Origin: a virus
Strand: one strand, 5' to 3'
Length of the DNA: 64,000 bases
Virus record (IMG/VR): IMGVR_UViG_3300037189_002988
Coordinates: 1-64,000 of that record
Program-made: the position numbers and the translations under genes
Notes under the pieces: model-generated
Seen by the model: the letters and a program-made list of their open reading frames with translations, nothing else
What the model was told of the DNA's origin: nothing
The model's database searches: none
Part shown: positions 39,063-50,200 of the stretch, piece by piece
Numbering within the stretch: the first letter of the stretch is position 1
Layout: the number at the start of each line of letters is the position of its first letter

Positions 39063-40608
39063 AGGCGTAATAGCAAGAATAGATAATTTAGACAAGGCAG
39101 AAAAGCCTGAAAAAATAGATCCATTTAATACTGATGGAGAACTAGTAAAGTCTTATGATGGAATACATCAAAATTTTAAACGTAAAATAGCAAGAACTGT
39201 TAACAAGGTATATCAAGGTGTTGATGATGCAAAGTCAAAACAACTATTTCCAGAACAGGATATGGTTACAGCCTATGGTCTTTTTGACGTAGTTATTCCA
39301 CCATACAACCTAGATGAACTTGCATATTTTTATGAAAACTCATTTGCTAACCACGCAGCAATCCAAGCAAAGGTTGCAAACATAGTAGGGTTAGGATATT
39401 CATTTGAAATGACAGACTCTACAGTTGCAAGACTTGAAGAGGCTCCAGACGATGCGTCATTGATGAGGGCACAAAGAAAAATTCAAAGACTAAAGGCAGA
39501 CCTAACTTCTTGGGTAGAAAGTTTAAATGATGAAGATACCTTTACACATGTATTAGAAAAGGTATACACAGATGTTGAAACTGTAGGTAATGGATATATT
39601 GAAATTGGAAGAAAGGTAAATGGAGATATTGGATATATTGGCCATATCCCAGCAACCACAATTCGTGTTCGCCGTATGCGTGATGGATATATTCAAATAG
39701 TAAATCAAAAGGTAGTATATTTTAGAAACTTTCAAGAGTCAAGAAATATTAACCCAGTAACAAACGATAATAGACCAAACGAGTTAATTCATATTAAAAA
39801 GTACTCACCAAAGAATTCATACTATGGAGTTCCAGACACAGTAGCAGCAGCCACATCAATGGTTGGTAACGAATTAGCAGCAAAGTATAATGTTGACTAT
39901 TTTGAAAACAAAGCAGTGCCTAGATATATTGCTGTAGTAAAGGGTGCAAAGTTAAGTTCAGAAGCAGAAGACAAATTCTTTAGATTTATGCAAGCAGGAC
40001 TAAAGGGTCAAAACCATAGAACTCTTTATATCCCACTTCCTGGAGATGGACCAGATAGTAAGGTAGATTTTAAATTAGAGCCAATTGAAAATGGAATTCA
40101 AGATGGATCATTTGATAGTTATCGCAAAGCAAACCGTGATGACATCCTTATGGCACATCAAGTTCCATACTCAAAGGTTGGCGGTGGTGCAGGAATTTCT
40201 ATCGCATCAGCATTAGTAGCGGATAGAACATTTAAGGAGCAGGTTGCAAGACCATCACAGAGAAATCTAGAAAAGACCATTAACAAGATTGTTAAGGAAA
40301 AGACAGATATGCTCTCCCTTAAATTTAATGAACTAACATTGACAGATGAACAAACTCAAAGTCAAATAGACGAGAGATACCTACGTATGCAGGTAGTTGT
40401 TCCAAATGAGGTTCGTGAAAGATTGGGATACCCAGTAAGACCTGGTGGATCAGAACCAATTGTTCTCAATGCTCAGGCAAGGGCAGAACAAACTTCCCAA
40501 GCAACTGGCAATAGAAATAGGGATCAACAAAGAACTAACAATGCATCAGATTCAACCTCAACCACCACTGGACGAAATGCTCAGGGTGAAGGTAGATCTC
40601 AACAATAA
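39052..40608 (+). CDS. Portal protein
   Basis: D....GNGYIE, YYGVP, YFEN.A.P, I..AH.VP and NE.R..LG motifs; position before protease and capsid. ATG 39052 preferred. Confidence 0.88.
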   Translation: MEDEGVIARIDNLDKAEKPEKIDPFNTDGELVKSYDGIHQNFKRKIARTVNKVYQGVDDAKSKQLFPEQDMVTAYGLFDVVIPPYNLDELAYFYENSFANHAAIQAKVANIVGLGYSFEMTDSTVARLEEAPDDASLMRAQRKIQRLKADLTSWVESLNDEDTFTHVLEKVYTDVETVGNGYIEIGRKVNGDIGYIGHIPATTIRVRRMRDGYIQIVNQKVVYFRNFQESRNINPVTNDNRPNELIHIKKYSPKNSYYGVPDTVAAATSMVGNELAAKYNVDYFENKAVPRYIAVVKGAKLSSEAEDKFFRFMQAGLKGQNHRTLYIPLPGDGPDSKVDFKLEPIENGIQDGSFDSYRKANRDDILMAHQVPYSKVGGGAGISIASALVADRTFKEQVARPSQRNLEKTINKIVKEKTDMLSLKFNELTLTDEQTQSQIDERYLRMQVVVPNEVRERLGYPVRPGGSEPIVLNAQARAEQTSQATGNRNRDQQRTNNASDSTSTTTGRNAQGEGRSQQ

Positions 40609-40659
40609 TTGTTATAAACTTTTAAATCACCTATAAACACTTATTATAATAGAGGTAGC

Positions 40660-42063
40660 ATGACTAATTTAAATAAGGCCTTTTGGCACTCTGAAGAAAA
40701 CAGCATCAAGTTATCGATGCCGATTGCCAAGGTAGACAAAGAAAAGCGTATGGTTTCAGGGTTCGCGACCCTTGATAATATTGACAAGCAATCAGACATT
40801 GTTCCAACAGATGTTAGCGTAAAAGCATTCGAAAGATTCCGTGGAAACCTTCGTGAAATGCACATGCCAATTGCGGTGGGTAGAGTGGTATCATTTAAAT
40901 CAGATAAGTTTTATAATAAAGAAGAAGATAGATTCTATAATGGAGTTTTTGTAAATGCATATATTTCTAAAGGTGCTCAAGATACTTGGGAAAAAGTTCT
41001 TGATGGTACTCTTTCTGGCTTTTCTATTGGTGGTAGCATCAAAGATTCTGACCAGATCTACGATGCCGAGATGGATAAATCAGTTCGCGTTATTAAAGAC
41101 TATGACCTACACGAACTCTCATTAGTAGACAATCCAGCAAATCAATTTGCAAATATTGTGTCTATCGAAAAAATGGCAGACGGTCAAAACAAAATTGATG
41201 GTATTATTAGTAAAGTAGATCTTGAAAATGTTTACTGGTGTGAATCAGATTCACTAATTAGACTTTCTCAAGAAGAAGATTCTTCATGCCCATCATGCGA
41301 TAAAGGTATGACAAATATTGGCTTTGTAGAATCAAACGATTCAGAAAAGAATTCTGTGGTAAAAGGCTTACTAGCGTCACAGAAAAATAGACTTGGTAAC
41401 AAAATCACCAAGGCTGAAAATCCTGATAAGGAGGGAAATAATATGGCAGAAGAAAATGTAGAAGTAGCACCAGCAACTGAAGAAGTTGTTGAAACACCAG
41501 CAGCAGATGCACCAGCAGCAGCAGAAGAAGTTGCAGCAGAAGCACCAGCAGCAGAAGAAGTTGCTACAGATGAAAACATTGAAAAATCAGCAGATGCAGA
41601 AGAAGTTGCACCAGCAGAAGCAGCACCAGCCGAAGATGCACCAGTTGCACCAGAAGCACCAGCAGCAGACGCACCAGCAGCAGAAGATGCACCAGCAGAA
41701 GATGCCGTCACTCCTGCTAACGAAAGCGATAACGCTGAATTAGCAAAGGCTGTAGATACAGTACAAGAATCAGTAGATGAGGTTCAAAATACAGTTGCTT
41801 CAGCACTTGGAGACTTGGTGACAACAGTAAAATCACTAAACGACAAAATGGCAGAACTGCAAAAAAGCATTGCTTCCGCACAAGAGGAAATTAAAGGCAT
41901 TAAAGGCAATGTAGATAATTTTGGAAAGCGTGTTGACTCACTAGAAGATGACACCGCTATCCGTAAGTCTGGCGATCTCGGCGGGATCGTTCAGGAAACA
42001 CAAATAACAAAAAAATCGATGTGGGGCGGGCGTTTCCTCAATTCCGCTGACCTATATCGCTAA
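40660..42063 (+). CDS. Prohead protease fused to scaffold domain
   Basis: HK97-type protease motifs (REMH, GFSIGG, ELSLVDNPAN), then an acidic Ala/Pro linker and coiled coil. Confidence 0.85.
   Translation: MTNLNKAFWHSEENSIKLSMPIAKVDKEKRMVSGFATLDNIDKQSDIVPTDVSVKAFERFRGNLREMHMPIAVGRVVSFKSDKFYNKEEDRFYNGVFVNAYISKGAQDTWEKVLDGTLSGFSIGGSIKDSDQIYDAEMDKSVRVIKDYDLHELSLVDNPANQFANIVSIEKMADGQNKIDGIISKVDLENVYWCESDSLIRLSQEEDSSCPSCDKGMTNIGFVESNDSEKNSVVKGLLASQKNRLGNKITKAENPDKEGNNMAEENVEVAPATEEVVETPAADAPAAAEEVAAEAPAAEEVATDENIEKSADAEEVAPAEAAPAEDAPVAPEAPAADAPAAEDAPAEDAVTPANESDNAELAKAVDTVQESVDEVQNTVASALGDLVTTVKSLNDKMAELQKSIASAQEEIKGIKGNVDNFGKRVDSLEDDTAIRKSGDLGGIVQETQITKKSMWGGRFLNSADLYR
41443..42063 (+). CDS. 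Putative nested in-frame scaffold protein
   Basis: Internal ATG preceded by aaggagggaaataat, nearly identical to the leader of the major tail gene. Confidence 0.5.
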   Translation: MAEENVEVAPATEEVVETPAADAPAAAEEVAAEAPAAEEVATDENIEKSADAEEVAPAEAAPAEDAPVAPEAPAADAPAAEDAPAEDAVTPANESDNAELAKAVDTVQESVDEVQNTVASALGDLVTTVKSLNDKMAELQKSIASAQEEIKGIKGNVDNFGKRVDSLEDDTAIRKSGDLGGIVQETQITKKSMWGGRFLNSADLYR

Positions 42064-42091
42064 AACAAAATTCACTGGGAGGTGAAATATT

Positions 42092-43072
42092 ATGGCAGAT
42101 GAAATTTTAGAAAAGGCAGTAAGTACAGGATCAATCGTTTCTGGAGGTGTTGGTGGAGTAGTTAACCCAAACGCTGGAGACCTTGGTGTATATGGTGCTA
42201 CCACAAATGATGGTGGTATCTTATCTCCTGAACAATCACGCCAATTCATCGAATATATTTTCGAACAACAAGTACTAGCACGTGACGGACGCAGAGTAAC
42301 AATGCGTACAAACGCTGCAGAACTTGAAAAATTAAACGTAGGCGAACGTGTAATTCGTGCTGCTGCTCAAGCAGATAACGCATACACAAATGCTGGCGTA
42401 ACATTTACAAAGGTTGAACTTTCAACAAAAAAGATTCGTCTTGATTGGGAAGTATCAACAGAAGCATTAGAAGATAACCTTGAAGGTGCTGGATTAGAAG
42501 ATCACTTAGTTCGCGTAATGACTCGTGCATTCGCAAACGATCTTGAAGATCTTGCAATCAATGGTACAGGAACTGGTTCAAACGCATTCCTAAACATCCT
42601 TGAAGGCTTTACAACAAAAGAAAATAATGGTGCAAGTGCAACATACGGCACAACTGTAGAATCCTTACAAGCATTGGTATTAAAAATGCCACGTAAGTAT
42701 CGTGCAGCACGTGCTAACATGAAGTTCTACGCAGATACAGAAACAGTATCTGACATCATTAATGGTCTTGGATCTAACGGTAACTTAAACAGCGAAAGAA
42801 TCGTTGAAAGAGTTATTGGTGGAACAGAACCACAACTTGTTGGTGCACCTATTGCTTACCGCGTTCTAGGCCTTCCTTTATTGGAAGTTCCTTTGATGCC
42901 TGCAAACCGTGTCGTTTTGACATTCCCTGAAAACCGTATTTGGGGTTTCCAAAGAGACATTACAGTTCATCGTGAGTTCCAACCAAAGAAAGACACTGTA
43001 GAATATACAGTATTCCTACGCTTTGGTGTACAAATCGAAGAAACAGCAGCAGTAGCAAGAATGCAAGGATAA
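42092..43072 (+). CDS. Major capsid protein (HK97 fold)
   Basis: GG.L.PEQ, E.LEDN.EG, DLEDLAING motifs; strong SD; followed by a terminator. Confidence 0.88.
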   Translation: MADEILEKAVSTGSIVSGGVGGVVNPNAGDLGVYGATTNDGGILSPEQSRQFIEYIFEQQVLARDGRRVTMRTNAAELEKLNVGERVIRAAAQADNAYTNAGVTFTKVELSTKKIRLDWEVSTEALEDNLEGAGLEDHLVRVMTRAFANDLEDLAINGTGTGSNAFLNILEGFTTKENNGASATYGTTVESLQALVLKMPRKYRAARANMKFYADTETVSDIINGLGSNGNLNSERIVERVIGGTEPQLVGAPIAYRVLGLPLLEVPLMPANRVVLTFPENRIWGFQRDITVHREFQPKKDTVEYTVFLRFGVQIEETAAVARMQG

Positions 43073-43088
43073 TATCCTTAAAATAATT

Positions 43089-43124
43089 AGAGAGGGGCAT
43101 TTATTTGTCCCTCTCTTTTCTTTT
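43089..43124 (+). terminator. Intrinsic terminator after capsid gene
   Basis: agagaggggca/tgtccctctct stem followed by a T-tract. Confidence 0.8.
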
Positions 43125-43151
43125 ATAGTATAATTAAATAGAGGTGCACAC

Positions 43152-44036
43152 ATGGAAATTTTAAATTATAACAGTGGTTCACTAAGTGCATCTGTTTCAG
43201 GTTTAACTGCAAGCACAAACTACCTAATAGAATTAAATGACTTAATTACAGGAAATGAATACTCAGCATCAGCAACATCTAATGGATCTGGAACTGTAGT
43301 ATTTACAATGCCTTCAAACTTTAAAGAATATACAGCAAAACTTGCTGCATCAGTTAAGAAAATATCAAATGATGATTTAGTTAAGATATTTAATATAGAT
43401 ATAGTAAGACCGTACACTAACATATCCTCAATCGTAACAGCACTTAAAGTTACAAATACCCAGGCTACAGAATATGAAAGACTTGCAAGATATATCATAG
43501 ATTCACATACTGGCGGGTTTGAATATATGCGTAAAAAGAAAGAGTTTGTTGGAGATAACTCAGATCAACTTTTAATAGATGAACCAATCACTGGCAAGAT
43601 TTATAGCATTTTGGAAAATAACGAGGTAATGTTTGAAAGAGATGAAGACTTATCAAACAATGATCAAGAATTTGTATATAAGAAACAATTAAGTGCAATA
43701 GTTCAAAATCTACCAAATGGCAATAACAGAGTAAACTATTCAAAGGTATGGAGAGATAGATACTTAGATGTAGAATTCTACGATGGTTATGAATACCTTG
43801 TAGATGCAGACTTTGGATGGAAGGTTATTCCACAAGATATTCAAGATGCAGCAGATATGCTTATTCAAGATATTGCATCAGATAGTTTAAAGTATGTTAA
43901 CAGATATATTGAATCATTTGATAATGATGACTTTAAGATTAAGTTCTCTAAGAATTGGACAGCAAGCACAGGTAATCGTGTAGTAGATAGAATCCTGGAG
44001 AAATATCAGAAACCCATTCGTGTCGGGGTGTTCTAA
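43152..44036 (+). CDS. Head-tail adaptor protein
   Basis: Position; GW..IPQDI..A..ML and TGN..VD.IL..Y motifs. Confidence 0.65.
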   Translation: MEILNYNSGSLSASVSGLTASTNYLIELNDLITGNEYSASATSNGSGTVVFTMPSNFKEYTAKLAASVKKISNDDLVKIFNIDIVRPYTNISSIVTALKVTNTQATEYERLARYIIDSHTGGFEYMRKKKEFVGDNSDQLLIDEPITGKIYSILENNEVMFERDEDLSNNDQEFVYKKQLSAIVQNLPNGNNRVNYSKVWRDRYLDVEFYDGYEYLVDADFGWKVIPQDIQDAADMLIQDIASDSLKYVNRYIESFDNDDFKIKFSKNWTASTGNRVVDRILEKYQKPIRVGVF

Positions 44037-44489
44037 ATGTTTAGTGCATCTGGATTAACAGATATTTACTATCCAATGTCTGCTGAATTATATTATGCCG
44101 AAAGCAAACAAGATGAACTAGGCGTTATACAAAAAACGTGGGTATTAGACAGGGTAATAAGATGTTCTATTATATCCTCTATGTCAGATAAGACTCTTAC
44201 TGGAGAATTAAAGAATAGTGGACCTATGTTTCAATATAACTCAGATGTTCTTCTAAGAACCAATGAAGATATTCAAAAGAAAAAGAATGGTAGCATATTT
44301 TCAATAACTGAGATTTTAATAACAAATGTAAAAGATCCTGCTGGTAAAATAGTATGGCTAGAAAAGAATCAAAAGCCAACTCAATATGAAATAAAAACTT
44401 TTGTGCCATCCTACAATGGATTTCATGAAGTAGAGTTCTATCGTGGATATCTTGCAAGATCAGTAAGACAAAACGAGGTATTATACTAA
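44037..44489 (+). CDS. Head-closure/neck protein
   Basis: Position and size. Confidence 0.5.
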   Translation: MFSASGLTDIYYPMSAELYYAESKQDELGVIQKTWVLDRVIRCSIISSMSDKTLTGELKNSGPMFQYNSDVLLRTNEDIQKKKNGSIFSITEILITNVKDPAGKIVWLEKNQKPTQYEIKTFVPSYNGFHEVEFYRGYLARSVRQNEVLY

Positions 44490-45190
44490 TGGGTGCTATA
44501 GCAGTAAAATTTGATACAGTTAAACTAAATAGAACAATAAGCAACATTGTAAAGTACTCAGATGGATTTCTAAGTGAAACAAAACAGAGTAAAAACAAGA
44601 TAGCACTAAAGATGGCTAATACAAGCGTTAATGCTTTTTATCAATACCTTGATGGCGTGGCTAGAATGCATCCAGCAATGCTTCATCATATATATGAATG
44701 GGGAGAAGTTGGAAACCCATTTGCAAGACTTGTAGAACTTAACATCAAGGCTGGTCAAGGTGGCGTTATAGTTGGTGCAAACTTTTTACAATCAAATAGC
44801 AGTCCTAAGAGTGGTAGTGAACCATTTTACAATAAGGCTGAAGTGATGGAAGATGGAGAGCCAATCACTGTTCAAGAAAAAGATGCAGAGGCTTTATTTT
44901 TTGAAATTGATGGCAAAGAGTTTTTTAGAAAAGGTCCTATTATAATTGAGAATCCTGGTGGAGAAGCAGTTAGAGGATCATTTGTAAGAACATTCAATGA
45001 ATTCTATGGATCATATTTTTCTCAAGTATACTTAAGATCTATAAAGTTTTATGAGCATTTTCAAAACCCTAAGTCATATGCTAGAAACTTTAGATCAGCA
45101 GTTAAAGGTAGTAATGCAAAAAATGCTGGTAAGGCTGCTGCTATGCAGTGGATAAACAGTATTCCAGGAGATGATCAGATTGGCCTATAG
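44489..45190 (+). CDS. Neck/tail-completion protein
   Basis: Position; basic composition. Confidence 0.45.
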   Translation: MGAIAVKFDTVKLNRTISNIVKYSDGFLSETKQSKNKIALKMANTSVNAFYQYLDGVARMHPAMLHHIYEWGEVGNPFARLVELNIKAGQGGVIVGANFLQSNSSPKSGSEPFYNKAEVMEDGEPITVQEKDAEALFFEIDGKEFFRKGPIIIENPGGEAVRGSFVRTFNEFYGSYFSQVYLRSIKFYEHFQNPKSYARNFRSAVKGSNAKNAGKAAAMQWINSIPGDDQIGL

Positions 45191-45746
45191 TGCAGCAAGT
45201 GTAATGCTATTTACACCAACAGCAAACATATTAAAATACGCATTTGATGAAATTATTCAATTACCAGAATTTGACTATTTAAATAAAATAATTGATCAAG
45301 AAGGAAATAAACTTAGTCCAATAGTTCCGTTAACAATCATTAACTCTGGTGCAGATGCTTTACCATTTAATACACTAACTAATCCACAACAAGTCTCAAT
45401 TGTTCATGATGAATTTATTAAACAAAGAAGTGGACAGTATAAATACTTTTATCCAATAAAGGGTGTTCAGTCTAGAGTTAAAATAAGCCACGGCAATTTA
45501 GCAGACCTAATGGCTTTAAAGTGGAAATTTTTAGAGATTATAGATAGAGATGATGCAGCAGCAGAAGACATTAATGCCTGGATGCAAGATACTTATGGCG
45601 GGGATCAAAAAATCTACTTCCATTGTGTAAATGCCTATGAAACTACATATATGGCAGATGCTACTAATTTAGATGACCAAAGAAACGTATTTTCTGGGGA
45701 TATTATAATTAAGGCTGATTATCATACAATATCAGACTACCGATAA
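45171..45746 (+). CDS. Putative tail terminator protein
   Basis: Immediately upstream of the major tail gene. Confidence 0.45.
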   Translation: MIRLAYSAASVMLFTPTANILKYAFDEIIQLPEFDYLNKIIDQEGNKLSPIVPLTIINSGADALPFNTLTNPQQVSIVHDEFIKQRSGQYKYFYPIKGVQSRVKISHGNLADLMALKWKFLEIIDRDDAAAEDINAWMQDTYGGDQKIYFHCVNAYETTYMADATNLDDQRNVFSGDIIIKADYHTISDYR

Positions 45747-45812
45747 ACAAGACTTATAATTGTATTGAGGAACGCCCCCACTATCAACAAAATATAGAGG
45801 AGGGAAATAAAT

Positions 45813-46460
45813 ATGGCATATACTCGTGGTAATTCTAAGCAAATTATCGTAGGTGCAGCAGCATTATTCGTTGCAGACGATTCACTCGATTACTTTGACT
45901 CAGTAGGACAATACAGATTCTCATCTGCATCAACTACAGGAGTCCCAGCATTCGCAAACGGAGTCGACTTCAAAACAACAATGAGTGCTTGTACAGCATT
46001 TACAAACGTAGGCTACACAATGAATGGTTTGGAATTACAATTCCAACCAGACTTTGGTGAAGTTCAAGTAGACCAATTGCTAGACGTTGCACGTCTGTAC
46101 AAACAAGGTATGTCCGTAAGTTTAGTTACAGCATTTGCTGAAGCAACTTTGGACAACTTGATTACAGCAATCGCAGCGAAAGAAGCAGATAAAACAACAT
46201 CAGGATCAACCGTAACACTAGAACTAAAATCTGGTGACATCGGTGACGTTCCAGTTGAACGTGCTCTTGTTGCAGTAGGTCCAGGAACAGGTGACCCAAA
46301 CATTACTAAGGAACGCGTTTACGTTGCAAACCGTGCACTTTCAATCGAAAGTGTAACAGTATCAGCAAAACGTGACACACCTTCAATGTTTGAAGTAACT
46401 TTCCGCTTGCTTTCAGCATCAAACGGATCTTACGGAAAAATTGTTGACCGCACAGTCTAA
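45813..46460 (+). CDS. Major tail (tube) protein
   Basis: VGYT..GL, V.VDQ, AEATL.N motifs; strong SD; terminator follows. Confidence 0.8.
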   Translation: MAYTRGNSKQIIVGAAALFVADDSLDYFDSVGQYRFSSASTTGVPAFANGVDFKTTMSACTAFTNVGYTMNGLELQFQPDFGEVQVDQLLDVARLYKQGMSVSLVTAFAEATLDNLITAIAAKEADKTTSGSTVTLELKSGDIGDVPVERALVAVGPGTGDPNITKERVYVANRALSIESVTVSAKRDTPSMFEVTFRLLSASNGSYGKIVDRTV

Positions 46461-46481
46461 ACAATAATTTCATAAACACTT

Positions 46482-46513
46482 AGCCCACTTCCCTTTACAG
46501 GGGGTGGGTTTTG
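46482..46513 (+). terminator. Intrinsic terminator after major tail gene
   Basis: agcccacttccct/agggggtgggtt stem followed by tttg. Confidence 0.7.
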
Positions 46514-46547
46514 TGCTATAATTTTAATGAGTCTTAAGGAGGCTTGA

Positions 46548-46883
46548 ATGGCAACAAGTGTTTATGAACCAGTTGAAATTGAACTACAAAACGGAACAAA
46601 AATTACTATGGCTCCTTTAAAAATTACTCTATTAAGAGAATTTATGAAAGAGTTTCAAAAGATTTCTGATCCAAAAATTGCAGAAGACAATATCAAATCA
46701 ATGGATTTATTAGTAAGTTGTGCAGCAATTGCAATGAAACAGTATGATCCAGAACTATCTGATCCAGCAAAGTTTGAAGAAGTTATTGATCTTCCAACAG
46801 TTTACAAAATCATCGAAGTGGCAGCGGGTATTAAGTTGAACGACCCAAACGCACTAGCGGCGGCTCTAGTTGGGACGAACTAG
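46548..46883 (+). CDS. Tail assembly chaperone (G-like)
   Basis: Located between the major tail and tape measure genes. Confidence 0.75.
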   Translation: MATSVYEPVEIELQNGTKITMAPLKITLLREFMKEFQKISDPKIAEDNIKSMDLLVSCAAIAMKQYDPELSDPAKFEEVIDLPTVYKIIEVAAGIKLNDPNALAAALVGTN

Positions 46884-46892
46884 ATCTAGCCG
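46844..46892 (+). promoter_or_regulatory. -1 programmed ribosomal frameshift site
   Basis: C CCA AAC heptamer in frame 0; downstream hairpin; the -1 frame is open to 47221. Confidence 0.75.
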
Positions 46893-47221
46893 AGATAGAG
46901 TCTAAAGTATTTCTTTTAGGATTCTGGAAGAATTACAAAGATATGGAAGACTCTATATCAATGCCTGAGTTAGTAGCAATACTAAACGCAAAGAGTAAGC
47001 AAGAATATGAAGATAGAAAGTTCTTTGCTGCTCTTCAAGGCGTAGATATGGATAAAGACAATTCGTCTGAAGGTCAAGAGGCTTGGGAAAGAATTAAAGC
47101 CAAAGCCTTTAGTGGTGGAAAGACCACTGACCCTAACGATATAGTATCACTGCAAGGCAATGCCGCAAGAAAAGCAGGATTCGGTATCGGTGAGGGATTA
47201 GACTACGAGGTGATTGATTAG
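46850..47221 (+). CDS. Tail assembly chaperone C-terminal extension (GT-like frameshift product)
   Basis: The -1 frame reads ...GSSWDELDLAEIESKVFLLGFWKNYKD before the listed ATG at 46943. Confidence 0.7.
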   Translation, partial: RTSGGSSWDELDLAEIESKVFLLGFWKNYKDMEDSISMPELVAILNAKSKQEYEDRKFFAALQGVDMDKDNSSEGQEAWERIKAKAFSGGKTTDPNDIVSLQGNAARKAGFGIGEGLDYEVID

Positions 47222-50200
47222 TGGCTGAAGTTGTCAAGGGTATAGTTGATATTGAAATCAACACTGGCACTGCTGCAAAAGAATTAAAAGCATTACAACA
47301 ACAAATTAATGCTTTCAATCTTGCTATTAATAAAGGTAACACTTTTCAAACAGCCGCTGCTGCAAAATATTCATCTGAATTAAAAGATGTAATTAATGCA
47401 AGTAAATTCTTTACTGCTGAAACAGTAAGAATGCAAACTGCCGCAGGAGCACTTGACTCAACACTTAAAAAGGGTCAATCAACTCTTGGTAATTTCTTTA
47501 GTGCCAAATTCAACCGTAACAGTGCTTTATTTGCTGAAACAATGGGTCTTGCTGCAGAACGTGCAAGAACCATGCAAACTCAGTTTATTGCCACTTCTGG
47601 GTCCGCTAAAGGCATGCAAGAGGCTCTTGCTATTAGACCACTTGCTGCATTTAATTCTGAAATGGCTGTTGCAGCCCAAAGATCTCAAATTCTTAGCACA
47701 ATGTTCCGTCAGGGGACTACACATTTAATTAACTTTGGTAAAAACGTTCAGTGGGCTGGTCGCCAACTTATGGTTGGTTTTACATTACCACTTACTTCAT
47801 TTGGGATAGTTGCTGGAAAAACATTTGCAGACTTAGAAAAACAGGTGGTCTCATTTAAAAAGGTTTATGGAGATATTTTTACAACTCCAGGAGAATTGCA
47901 AGGAAACCTAGATGCTGTAATGGCTTTAGGAAAAGAATATACAAAATATGGAATTGCAGTAAAAGATACAGTAGGCTTGGCTGCACAAGCAGCAGCCGCT
48001 GGTCGTAGAAACAAAGACTTAACAGATGCAGTAACTGAAGCAACTAGATTATCAACTCTTGGTCAAATGGATCAAAACGAAGCATTAAAAACTACAATAG
48101 CATTACAAAGTGCTTTTAAATTATCTGGTCAAGAATTAACAAATGCAATTAACTTTTTAAACATTGTAGAAAACCAAACAGTAGTAAGCCTACAGGACTT
48201 GGCTGCAGCAATTCCTCGTGTAGCACCAGTAATTGTAGGTTTAGGTGGTGACGTAAAAGATTTATCAGTATTTTTAGCCGCTATGCAAGAAGGTGGTGTG
48301 TCAGCAGAACAAGGTGCTAACGCACTAAAGTCTGGTCTTGCATCTTTAATTAATCCTTCTAGAGCAGCAAAAGAAACTTTGGGTCAACTAGGAATTAACA
48401 TGGAATATATTGTTAATCAAAATAGAGGCGACCTAATGGGTACAGTTACGGCATTCAGTAGAGCATTGTCAACACTTGATGATTTTACAAGACAGCAAGC
48501 ACTAGAAAAAATATTTGGTAAATATCAATACGCAAGACTTGGTGCGTTGTTTGATAATCTAACTCGTCAAGGATCACAAGCACAGCAGGTGATGGATGCA
48601 GCAGGTTTTTCAGTAGAACAAATGGCATCATCTGCGGATAAAGAATTAAAAACAATTGAAGAATCATTTGGTGTTCAACTTACTGCCGCTATTGAAAAAT
48701 TTAAATTAGCAATCGCCCCAGTTGGTCAAATGTTCTTACAAATGGCAATTCCAGTAGTAAATTTCTTCACAAAGATAGTAGAAGGATTTAATAATCTACC
48801 AGATTTTACTAAAAGATTTGCAGCATTAGCAACAATTATTACAGGACTTGTAATTCCAGCAGGAACTATGTTCTTTGGTTTATTAATGAACTTAAGTGGT
48901 ACCCTTGCAAAATTAATGCAGGGTGTTGGAATATTTACTAAAGGAACACTTAAAGGTGGAATTCTTGGTGGTATTCAGGCTGTAAGTCAGTCCATGAAGT
49001 ATATGTCACTTCAAGAATTAGATTCAGCACTTGCTGCTAAACAACTAGGTACAGCAACTATGTCAGTCAATGATGCATTACTTGCTCAAGTAAATTCAGC
49101 ACAAGGTGCTCGTCAAGCAATTAATGGACTGGCAGATACATATGGGATATTGATTACAAGAATGGCAGAAGCAGCATCTATGTCTAAGTTTACACTTGGT
49201 ACACCAGGTGCAGCAATGCAAATGGCACAAACAAGAAATATTAAAGGTGGATTCCCAACAAAGAAATTTGCAAGTGGTGGAGTTGTTCCAGGAACTGGAA
49301 ATCAAGATACTGTACCAGCAATGCTTACACCAGGTGAGTTTGTTGTAAATAAAAAAGCAACTAGTTCAATTGGAACAAGTTTCTTAAGAATGTTAAATGG
49401 TGGAAAAGTTCGTGGGTATAATGATGGTGGATTCTTTAGTGATTATGAAAATATGCAAAAAGAAAATAATGGTGTAGGAAATAAATATACAAAGATTATT
49501 TCAGGTCAATATAGTGATCCAAATGTTTCATTTAGTCAACAACCATTTGAAATTGGAAATGCTCCTTCAGCATTGCTAGATGAAATGTTAAAAGAACTAA
49601 ACTTAACACATAATAAATATACAAGATTTATATCTCCTATGCCTAGATTTAAACCAGCAGCAGGAAGTTTAGCAAAAAGTTTAATCGGTGCAAGTAAAGA
49701 ATATGATTTTAATAATAGATTAAGAACAGGTACAGCAACAAGAGCAGAAGTTGGTGGATTCTTTTTAGGAAATAGAAGAGTTCATGGAGGGTCATCAGCA
49801 ATAGTTAGTCCATTCAAATACCTTCTAGATGAAGCAGGAATAACAGATCCAAAGGTTGAAAAAGAATTAGGAAGAATGGCACACAAAATATTACTGCAAA
49901 AGGTAAAGGCTGGTCAAACCGTAGATGATAAAATGTTTTCTAAAATATTTAATCAAGCAGTAGATAGAGTAGGTGCAAGTGTTCCAGATAAACAAAAATT
50001 AGGATTTGCTAGAGCAGCACTTGGCCAACAAACTGGAGAATCAAGAGTAAGTGGACGAGTTGCTGGATTATTAAAAGTTTTGCCAAATAAAATTAGAAGA
50101 ATTCCTGGAATGAGAAGAAGCACCTATGTTTATACTGGCAGTTCAGGAAGCATTAAATTTAGTCCAGGTCAAACTAGGTCATCTGGTGGATCTGGATATC

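Noticed and set aside
41268-41743. Ala/Ser-rich antisense and Gln-rich alternate-frame ORFs
   Set aside because: Shadows of the low-complexity scaffold linker.
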